Part shown: in pieces, positions 10,023 to 17,692 of the stretch
How positions within the stretch are numbered: the stretch's first letter is position 1
How the letters are laid out: every line of letters begins with the position of its first letter
Assembly: GCA_947631335.1 (NCBI GenBank)
Contig: CANRKZ010000015.1
Location: forward strand, 1-30,688
Source of the DNA: an uncultured Clostridia bacterium
Lineage (GTDB): Bacteria; Bacillota; Clostridia; TANB77; CAG-508
Length of the DNA stretch: 30,688 nucleotides
Direction of reading: 5' to 3'
Made by a program: the position numbers and the translations under genes
Notes under the pieces: generated by a model
The model's input: only the letters and a program-made list of their open reading frames with translations
Databases searched by the model: none
Told to the model about the DNA's origin: nothing

Positions 10023-11375
10023 ATGGCCATTGAAAAAGAAGAGTTGATTGCAAAAATAAAAGAAGTTTTAAAGCCAGAACTAACTCAAATTTCTTATGAA
10101 ACTTGGATTTTACCCTTAGATATTAGAAGCATCGATGGAAATCATATTGTTTTTACAACCACCTCTGAATATCAACAAGATTTTATCGAAAATAAATACA
10201 GAAATCTTATTTTCAATACATTACGATTTATTACCAATATGGAATGGACTTTCTCAGTTCTTGATATTTCAAAAGAAAATAAAACCTTATCAAATGAAAT
10301 TATAGTAAATGATTCCAATATATCTTCTGCTGAAATTGAGTCAAACAAATCTACTTTAAATCCTAAATACACATTTGAGACTTTTGTTGTTGGGAATAAT
10401 AATAGATTTGCACATGCTGCTGCTTTAGCAGTGGGAAATGAACCTTCCAATTCTTATAATCCTTTATTTCTTTACGGAGGTGTAGGATTAGGTAAGACTC
10501 ATTTAATGCATGCCATTGGAAATAGAATTCTTGAAAATAATAAAAATGCTAATGTTTTATATGTTACATCTGAAAAATTTACAAATCAATTAATTAACGC
10601 AATTAAAGATAATAAGAACGAATTTTTTAGAAACAAATATCGAACCATTGATGTTTTACTAATTGATGATATTCAATTTATAGCAGGAAAAGAAAGAGTT
10701 CAAGAGGAATTTTTCCATACTTTTAATGCTTTATATGAAGAGGGAAAACAAATTATCATTTCTAGTGATAAACCACCTAGAGATATTCCTTTTTTAGAAG
10801 ATCGCTTAAAATCAAGATTCGAATGGGGTCTACTAGCAGACATTTCTTGTCCAGATTATGAAACTCGTTTAGCTATATTAAGAAAAAAAGCACAAGAAGA
10901 AAGTATCATTATCGAGGATTTTATTCTATCTAATATTGCTAATAAAATTGATTCTAATATTAGAGAACTAGAAGGAGTATTCAATAAGATTGTTGCTAGA
11001 GCTTCTCTTACGCATAGTCCTATTACCATTGAGCTAGCAGAAAATATTATAAATGAATTTAAATACGAAAATGAAAAAGTAATTTCTTGTGATTTTATAA
11101 AAGAAACAGTTGCCAAATATTTTAGTATCAATAAAGATGATTTATCTGGAAATAAACGATCTAATGATATTGCATTTCCAAGACAAATTGCTATGTATCT
11201 TTGTCGAGAAATTGCTAATATGTCTTATCCACAAATTGGTACGGATTTTGGAGGAAGAGATCATTCAACAGTTATGCATGCTTGTAGAAAAATTGAAAAA
11301 GAAATAAAAGAAAAAAATAATACTAAATTAATTGTGGATAGTGTGAAAAACATTATAATAAATGGCAAACAATAA
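10023..11375 (+). CDS. dnaA: Chromosomal replication initiator DnaA
   Basis: 450 aa with AAA+ Walker A GGVGLGKTHL, Walker B LLIDDIQF and the domain IV DNA-binding motif (DHSTVMHA). Confidence 0.97.
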   Translation: MAIEKEELIAKIKEVLKPELTQISYETWILPLDIRSIDGNHIVFTTTSEYQQDFIENKYRNLIFNTLRFITNMEWTFSVLDISKENKTLSNEIIVNDSNISSAEIESNKSTLNPKYTFETFVVGNNNRFAHAAALAVGNEPSNSYNPLFLYGGVGLGKTHLMHAIGNRILENNKNANVLYVTSEKFTNQLINAIKDNKNEFFRNKYRTIDVLLIDDIQFIAGKERVQEEFFHTFNALYEEGKQIIISSDKPPRDIPFLEDRLKSRFEWGLLADISCPDYETRLAILRKKAQEESIIIEDFILSNIANKIDSNIRELEGVFNKIVARASLTHSPITIELAENIINEFKYENEKVISCDFIKETVAKYFSINKDDLSGNKRSNDIAFPRQIAMYLCREIANMSYPQIGTDFGGRDHSTVMHACRKIEKEIKEKNNTKLIVDSVKNIIINGKQ

Positions 11376-11474
11376 TCGATAAAAAGATTTTTAAACTTTT
11401 TTAAAATTTATGTTTGGAAAAATGTTTGTTTGAAAATAATGATTGGTTTTATTCTTACGGAACCAATACATTTG

Positions 11475-11700
11475 ATATCCACATCTTTGTGTTAATAATC
11501 TGTTAAAAAATTGTGTATATCTAATTTTTAAACAATTTAAAAAATTAAATGTGGATTTATAAATTAGTTTTCCACTAAATTATAAACAGTATTTTTATTA
11601 GGGTTTCTAAATATCAACATAGTTTTCCACAGTTTCCACAGAACCTAATACTATTACTACTAATAAATATTATTTATATTTAAAAATATAAAAAGGAGGA
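11475..11700. promoter_or_regulatory. oriC right part (dnaA-dnaN spacer): DnaA boxes, a short GC cluster, in-phase TAN triplets and an AT-rich putative unwinding element
   Basis: Boxes: ATATCCACA 11475-11483, TGTGGATTT 11550-11558, TTTTCCACA 11633-11641, GTTTCCACA 11642-11650. These are followed by gaacc, then TAA TAC TAT TAC TAC TAA TAA (11656-11676), then an AT-only tract up to the dnaN Shine-Dalgarno. Confidence 0.65.
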
Positions 11701-11705
11701 TCAAA

Positions 11706-12824
11706 ATGAAAATTGTTTGTTACAAAGACAATATTATTAAAGCTATAAATTCCGTAGTAAAAGGTGTAGCTTCTAAAACTACAATGCCTATACTAGAAGG
11801 AATTTTAATTCAAACAAATGATAATGAAATAAAATTAACAACATATGATTTAGAAATTGGAATTGAATATGTAATGGAATGTGAAGTAAAAGAACAAGGT
11901 AGTACAGTAGTAAATGCAATTATGTTTAGCGAAATTATAAGAAAATTACCTAATACTGAAATTTATATTTCTTTAAATGATAAAAATTTATTAGAAATAG
12001 AATGTGAAGGTTCTTTATATAAATTATCAACTATGAATCCAGAGGAATTTCCAGAATTACCAAAAATAGAAATAGAAAATTCTATTGAAATTGATCAAAA
12101 TATTTTAAAAAATATGATTAGAAGAACAATTTTTGCTGTTAGCACAGAAGAAAGTAGACCTATTTTTACAGGATGTTTATTTGAAATAGAAAATAATAAA
12201 TTAAGTCTAGTTGCAGTAGATGGTTTCAGATTAGCACTAAGAAGTATTTTTTTAAATAAACAAAGCAATAATTTTAGTGCTGTTATACCAGGAAAAACTT
12301 TGAATGAAGTAAATAAAATAATATCTGATTCTTTTGAACCAGTGAAAATAGGGGTTTCAAAAAATCAAGCTTTATTTGAGATGGATAATTGTAAAGTTGT
12401 AACAAGAATTTTAGATGGAGAATTTTTAAATTATAAGAATGTAATACCAACGAATTGGGAAACTAGAATCAAAGTAAATAAAAATAATATTCAAAATAGC
12501 TTTGAAAGAATAAGTTTGATATCATCATCAACTGTTGAAAAAGAAAAAAAATATCCTGTTAAAGTTAAGGTTGACATAGGTAAAGTAATAATTTCTTGTA
12601 CAAATCAAACCGGAGATGCAAAAGAGGAATTATATGTATCAACTGAAGGAAAAAACTTAGAAGCAGGATTTAATCCAAAGTATTTTCTAGATAGTTTAAA
12701 AGCAATTGATGATGAAGAAGTTTATATAGAATTTGGTACAAGTATATCTCCATGTTTAGTAAAATCTGTTGAAAATAATGATTATACATATATGATTTTG
12801 CCAATTAGATTAAAAGAAGAATAA
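11706..12824 (+). CDS. dnaN: DNA polymerase III beta sliding clamp DnaN
   Basis: 372 aa with strong AAGGAGG Shine-Dalgarno, typical beta-clamp sequence (VAVDGFRLA, the ILPIRL C-terminus) and position after dnaA. Confidence 0.96.
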   Translation: MKIVCYKDNIIKAINSVVKGVASKTTMPILEGILIQTNDNEIKLTTYDLEIGIEYVMECEVKEQGSTVVNAIMFSEIIRKLPNTEIYISLNDKNLLEIECEGSLYKLSTMNPEEFPELPKIEIENSIEIDQNILKNMIRRTIFAVSTEESRPIFTGCLFEIENNKLSLVAVDGFRLALRSIFLNKQSNNFSAVIPGKTLNEVNKIISDSFEPVKIGVSKNQALFEMDNCKVVTRILDGEFLNYKNVIPTNWETRIKVNKNNIQNSFERISLISSSTVEKEKKYPVKVKVDIGKVIISCTNQTGDAKEELYVSTEGKNLEAGFNPKYFLDSLKAIDDEEVYIEFGTSISPCLVKSVENNDYTYMILPIRLKEE

Positions 12825-12855
12825 TAAAAAAATAAAAAAGTTTTTAAATAAAAAA

Positions 12856-12876
12856 GGTAGAAGAAATTCTGCCTTT
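12856..12876 (+). terminator. Weak hairpin terminator after dnaN
   Basis: Stem GGTAGAA / TTCTGCC with one G-T pair, loop GAAA, followed by TTT. Confidence 0.35.
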
Positions 12877-12890
12877 AAAATTTAAAAAAG

Positions 12891-13342
12891 ATATCCACAA
12901 AATATGAATAAAATGTGGATAAAAATTATTATAAAACCAGAAAAAAAAAGATAAAAAAAGATAAAAATAGTAAAAAATAGAAAAAGATAGAAAATTAAAT
13001 TGTGGATAATTATAATAAATTATAAAAATAAAAAAATTAAAAAAAAATAGAATAAATTAGAAAAAAAAAGATAAAAAAAGTTTTTTGAATATTTTATTTT
13101 TACAAAAAATATGTGGATAAAAATAAAAACAAATATAAAGAATAAAATATAAAAAATAAAAATAAAAATAAAGTAAAAAAAGAAAAAAAATAAAAATAAA
13201 ATAAAAAAATTAATAAAAAAAAAGAATAAATAAAAAAATAAAGCACGAAAATCAAAAATAAGGCGATTTATTTTTTTTAGAATATAAATTATTGTTTAAA
13301 ATTTAATTTTAAAAATTTAATTGGAGAAGAAAATGTGGATAA
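12891..13342. promoter_or_regulatory. Extra DnaA-box cluster in the A-rich dnaN-recF spacer
   Basis: ATATCCACA 12891-12899, then four perfect TGTGGATAA in one orientation at 12914-12922, 13001-13009, 13112-13120 and 13334-13342. The last one overlaps the recF start codon. Confidence 0.7.
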
Positions 13343-14406
13343 AGAAAATAAATGTTTATAATTTTAGAAATTATAAAGAACAAGAGATTAAACTAGAAAA
13401 AAATATTAATATTTTTTATGGAGAAAATGCACAAGGAAAAACAAATATAATAGAAGCAATCTTTTTATGTAGTATGGGAAAATCTTTTAGAACTAAAAAA
13501 GATAAAGAAATGATTCTTTTAAATAAAGAGAATGCAGTAGTAGAAATAGAATTTGAAAAAATAGATAGAGAAGGAAAAATAAAAATAGAATTATCAAATA
13601 AAAAAAATGTATATATAAATGGAATAAAAGTAAAAAAATTAAGCGAATTATTAGGAAATATACATGTAGTAATTTTTACACCAGATGATATTAATATTTT
13701 AAAAGGTAGCCCTCAAAAAAGAAGAAAATTTCTAGATATCATGATTAGTCAACTAAGACCTAATTATATGCATAATTTGAATTTATATTTAAAAACATTA
13801 GAGCAAAGAAATAATTATTTAAGACAGATTAAAGAAGAAAGAAAAGAAGAAAGCTTATTAGAAATTTGGGATGAAAAGTTAGCAGATTATGCAATCTCAA
13901 TTTGTAATTACAGAATGGAGTTTATGGAAAAAATAAAAAATAAAATAAATAAAATTCATACTGAAATTACGGACAATAAAGAAGAAATAGAAATTGAATA
14001 TATTACAGAATGTAATAATAAAGAGAGTTATTTAGCTTTATTAAAGCAAAGAAGAAAGTTAGATATAATAAAGGGTTTTACAACAAAGGGTATACATAGA
14101 GATGATTTTGTGATATATATTAATAAGAAAAGAATCGATACCTACGGATCACAAGGTCAACACAGAACCGCAATACTTTCTTTAAAATTAGCAGAATTGA
14201 ATATTATAGAAGAAGAAAGTGGAGAAAATCCAGTTTTATTGTTAGATGATTTTATGTCTGAGTTAGATAAAAAAAGAAAAAAACATTTTTTAGAGAATAT
14301 ACAAAATACACAAGTAATAATAACTTGTACAGATAAAATAGATATTGAAAATAAAAATATTTTAATATATAATGTAAAAGAAGGCAATGTAAAAAAAGAA
14401 AAATAA
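13333..14406 (+). CDS. recF: DNA replication and repair protein RecF
   Basis: ATG at 13333 after a GGAG Shine-Dalgarno; the track start at 13321 is an upstream TTG. N-terminus MWIKKINVYNFRNY, Walker A GENAQGKTN, Walker B LLLDD. Confidence 0.93.
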   Translation: MWIKKINVYNFRNYKEQEIKLEKNINIFYGENAQGKTNIIEAIFLCSMGKSFRTKKDKEMILLNKENAVVEIEFEKIDREGKIKIELSNKKNVYINGIKVKKLSELLGNIHVVIFTPDDINILKGSPQKRRKFLDIMISQLRPNYMHNLNLYLKTLEQRNNYLRQIKEERKEESLLEIWDEKLADYAISICNYRMEFMEKIKNKINKIHTEITDNKEEIEIEYITECNNKESYLALLKQRRKLDIIKGFTTKGIHRDDFVIYINKKRIDTYGSQGQHRTAILSLKLAELNIIEEESGENPVLLLDDFMSELDKKRKKHFLENIQNTQVIITCTDKIDIENKNILIYNVKEGNVKKEK

Positions 14407-14469
14407 AAAATAGAGAAATTCAAAATAGTTACTAAAAAAATTATAACAATTACCAAAGGAGGAAAACAA

Positions 14470-16398
14470 ATGGAAAAATACAATCATAAGTATGGAGCAG
14501 AACAAATTCAAGTTTTAGAAGGTTTGGAAGCTGTTAGAAAAAGACCTGGTATGTATATAGGAAGTACATCAGTAAGAGGTTTGCATCATTGTGTTTATGA
14601 AATTGTTGACAATGGCGTTGATGAAGCTTTAGCTGGATATTGTACAGAAATTAATGTAACAATAGAACCAGGAAATATTATTAGTGTTGAAGATAACGGT
14701 AGAGGAATACCAGTAGAAATACATCCGAAGACTAAAATTTCAACAGCAGAAACAGTATACACAGTTCTACATGCTGGTGGAAAATTTGGTGGAGATAGTG
14801 GATATAAAGTATCAGGAGGACTTCACGGAGTGGGAGCTTCTGTAGTAAATGCTTTATCATCTTGGACAGAAGTTACCATAAAAAGAGATGGCGGATTATA
14901 TCAAATGTATTTTGAAAAAGGAAAAACAATTAAGAAACTAGAAAAAATAGGTAAAGCAAAAGGTACAGGAACTAAAGTAAGATTTTTAGCAGATAATACT
15001 ATTTTTGAAAGTTTAGATTATGATTATGAAACTTTAGAAAAAAGATTTAGAGAAATGGCATTTTTAACAAAAGGCTTAAAAATAACGATAGAAGATAAAA
15101 GAGAAGAAACACCTAGAAAAGCAGAATTTTGTTTTGAAGGAGGACTAATTTCTTTTGTTGAATTCTTAAATAAAAATAAAGAAAAATTGCATAAAAAACC
15201 AATATATATTGAAAAAAATGGAGATATACCAGTAGAAATAGCAATTCAATATACATCAAGTTATTCAGAAAATATATATACCTTTGTTAATAATATTAAT
15301 ACAATAGAAGGTGGAACACATTTAGAAGGATTTAAAAGATCTTTAACAAAAGTATTTAATGATTATGCAAGAAATCATAATATTTTAAAAGAAAAAGATA
15401 ATAATTTACAAGGAGAAGATATTAGAGAGGGGATAACAGCAGTTGTATCTGTAAAAGTAAAAGAACCTCAATTTGAGGGGCAAACAAAAACAAAATTAGG
15501 AAATAGCGAAGTTACAGGTGTTGTTCAAAGTATGGTAAATGAAGCTTTAGCTACCTTTTTAGAAGAAAATCCAAATGTAGCAAAAGCAATATTAGAAAAA
15601 TGTATTAGTGCATCTCGTGCAAGGGAAGCAGCAAGAAAAGCAAGAGAATTAGTAAGAAAGAAAAATTCTTTAGAAACATCAACATTACCCGGAAAATTAG
15701 CAGATTGTAGTAGTAAAAATGCAGATGAATGTGAAGTTTATATCGTAGAAGGAGATTCAGCAGGAGGAAGTGCAAAACAAGGAAGAGATAGAAAATTCCA
15801 AGCAATTTTACCATTATGGGGAAAGATGTTAAATGTTGAAAAAGCAAGGGCTGATAAAATATATGGAAACGATAAATTAAATCCTGTAATTTTAGCTGTT
15901 GGAGCAGGAATTGGAGCAGATTTTGATATTACAAAAATAAGATATGGAAAAGTAATTATTATGGCAGATGCAGATGTCGATGGTGCACATATTAGGACGC
16001 TATTATTAACATTTTTCTTTAGATATATGAGGCCTTTAATAGAAAATGGAAATGTATATTTAGCACAACCACCATTATATAAATTATCAAAAAAAGGAAT
16101 GAAAGATATATATTGTTATACCGACGAAGATTTAGATAAAGCGTATAAAGAATTAGAAGAAAAAGGAATTTCTAGAGACCAATTAGGACTTCAAAGATAC
16201 AAAGGTTTAGGAGAGATGAATCCAGAACAATTATGGGATACAACAATGAATCCAGAAACAAGAATACTAGTAAAAGTAACAATGGAAGATGCTATCAAAG
16301 CTGATGAAATATTTACTTTATTAATGGGGGATGAAGTAGAACCAAGAAGAAAGTTTATTCAGACAAATGCAAAATATGTAAAGAATTTGGATATATAG
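14470..16398 (+). CDS. gyrB: DNA gyrase subunit B
   Basis: 642 aa with GHKL ATPase motifs ([24 protein letters not shown]), Toprim EGDSAGG, and [12 protein letters not shown]. Confidence 0.98.
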   Translation: MEKYNHKYGAEQIQVLEGLEAVRKRPGMYIGSTSVRGLHHCVYEIVDNGVDEALAGYCTEINVTIEPGNIISVEDNGRGIPVEIHPKTKISTAETVYTVLHAGGKFGGDSGYKVSGGLHGVGASVVNALSSWTEVTIKRDGGLYQMYFEKGKTIKKLEKIGKAKGTGTKVRFLADNTIFESLDYDYETLEKRFREMAFLTKGLKITIEDKREETPRKAEFCFEGGLISFVEFLNKNKEKLHKKPIYIEKNGDIPVEIAIQYTSSYSENIYTFVNNINTIEGGTHLEGFKRSLTKVFNDYARNHNILKEKDNNLQGEDIREGITAVVSVKVKEPQFEGQTKTKLGNSEVTGVVQSMVNEALATFLEENPNVAKAILEKCISASRAREAARKARELVRKKNSLETSTLPGKLADCSSKNADECEVYIVEGDSAGGSAKQGRDRKFQAILPLWGKMLNVEKARADKIYGNDKLNPVILAVGAGIGADFDITKIRYGKVIIMADADVDGAHIRTLLLTFFFRYMRPLIENGNVYLAQPPLYKLSKKGMKDIYCYTDEDLDKAYKELEEKGISRDQLGLQRYKGLGEMNPEQLWDTTMNPETRILVKVTMEDAIKADEIFTLLMGDEVEPRRKFIQTNAKYVKNLDI

Positions 16399-16412
16399 TA
16401 AATAAAAAATTT

Positions 16413-16442
16413 AATGGCAGATAAATTATTTTATCTGCCATT
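16413..16442. terminator. 12-bp perfect hairpin after gyrB
   Basis: aatggcagataa (16413-16424) / ttatctgccatt (16431-16442) with a 6-nt loop. There is no clean T-run on the plus strand, so efficiency is uncertain. Confidence 0.45.
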
Positions 16443-16545
16443 AATCGATAAAGCTAATAATAATCTCTACTAAAACTAATATACCTAGCATTAAAACCTA
16501 ATATATATTACTATATAAATAAGCTCTAGAACAAAACATATTAAT

Positions 16546-16851
16546 CCTTCGCTCGACTATTAATACACCACAAGTAACTATATTCATCCCGAAGGGACTA
16601 ATAACAACCACTTTAAATAAAATATTAGATATAAAAATAATCTTAGCTCAAATATATTACCTATCATTTGACCATATATAAAATTAAAAATAAACAAAGA
16701 AATAATTTAAATAAAAATACAGCCTACAAACAAATAATATATTCTTATCGCCGACTTATTATAATATTTAAAAATACACTATAATAAATCTTTGCTCGAA
16801 TAATAATAAACAAAAAATTATCTATTATTATTCTTCGCTCAACTATTATTA
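16546..16851 (+). repeat. Direct 20-bp repeats, consensus about CTTCGCTCRACTATTAWTA, upstream of the plus-strand T4SS arm
   Basis: Copies: 16546-16565 ccttcgctcgactattaata, 16789-16808 (16/20 match), 16832-16851 tcttcgctcaactattatta (17/20), and a degenerate copy near 16744-16763. These are essentially the only G/C-containing words in the spacer. Confidence 0.55.
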
Positions 16852-16948
16852 ACCTTATAGTATTATTATAAACAGATAAAAAAAATATATGCAAAAAAAA
16901 TAAATAAAAAAATAAAAATAAATATCGAAATATGTCGACAAAAAGTTC

Positions 16949-16977
16949 TTGACAAATAATGTAAAATAATGTAAACT
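16949..16977 (+). promoter_or_regulatory. Sigma-A-type promoter for the VirB4 arm
   Basis: TTGACA (16949-16954), 17-nt spacer, TAAACT (16972-16977). The spacer and -10 region consist of a perfect tandem 10-mer ataatgtaaa x2 (16956-16975). Confidence 0.5.
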
Positions 16978-16994
16978 TTTCAACAAAGTAGGAG

Positions 16995-17582
16995 GTGAAA
17001 ATAATAAGAAAAATAACAGTGCAAGAATGGATACCAATAAAAGAAATAGATAAGGAGGGATTCATAAAATTAAAAAATAATAAAATTATAAAAATATTAA
17101 AAATAAAGCCAATTAATTATAATTTAAAATCAGATTTTGAAAAAGAGGCCATATTAAATTCTTATAAAATTTTTTTAAAAACGTGTAATTTTGATATTCA
17201 AATTTTAATTCAAAGTAATAAAGAAGATTTAAGTCATCATATTTCAAATATTAGAAAAAATATTTCAAAAAAAGAAAATAAATATCTTAAAAAAATATCA
17301 GAAAATTATATAGAATATATTAATAAAATTAATTTTGAAAAAAAATCTTCTTCAAAAGATTTTTATATAATTATTTCAGATAAATTTGACAAAAAAAACA
17401 AATATACTCAGACAGAAGAAATTATCAAAAATCATTTAAAAGAAAAATATTTTAAAATCAAAGAATGTCTATCTCGTACAGGAAATGATGTTGTGGAGTT
17501 ATCCAAGCAAACAGAAGTAGAAAATTTATTTTTTTCTTTTTTAAATACCAAAAAATTAAACAATAATTTAATAAAAAAATAA
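16995..17582 (+). CDS. VirB4/TraE-type T4SS ATPase, N-terminal domain as a separate cistron
   Basis: 195 aa. The block VQEWIPIKEIDKEGFIKLKNNKIIKILKIKPINYNLKSDFEKEAILNSYKIFLKTCNFDIQILIQS matches the N-terminal domain pattern of Gram-positive VirB4 homologues (Tn916 Orf16/TcpF/CD1110-like), recognised from memory. The true start is uncertain: the GTG at 16995 lies inside the AGGAGGTGA Shine-Dalgarno, and ATA codons follow at 17001 and 17004. Confidence 0.65.
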   Translation: MKIIRKITVQEWIPIKEIDKEGFIKLKNNKIIKILKIKPINYNLKSDFEKEAILNSYKIFLKTCNFDIQILIQSNKEDLSHHISNIRKNISKKENKYLKKISENYIEYINKINFEKKSSSKDFYIIISDKFDKKNKYTQTEEIIKNHLKEKYFKIKECLSRTGNDVVELSKQTEVENLFFSFLNTKKLNNNLIKK

Positions 17583-17692
17583 ATATTAAAATTTTAAAAT
17601 AATTAATTAAAAAAATTATTAAAAATAAAAAAATTAATAAAAACAATTATTAAAAGTAAAAATAATAAAAAATTTTTAAAGGAGGAGATAAA

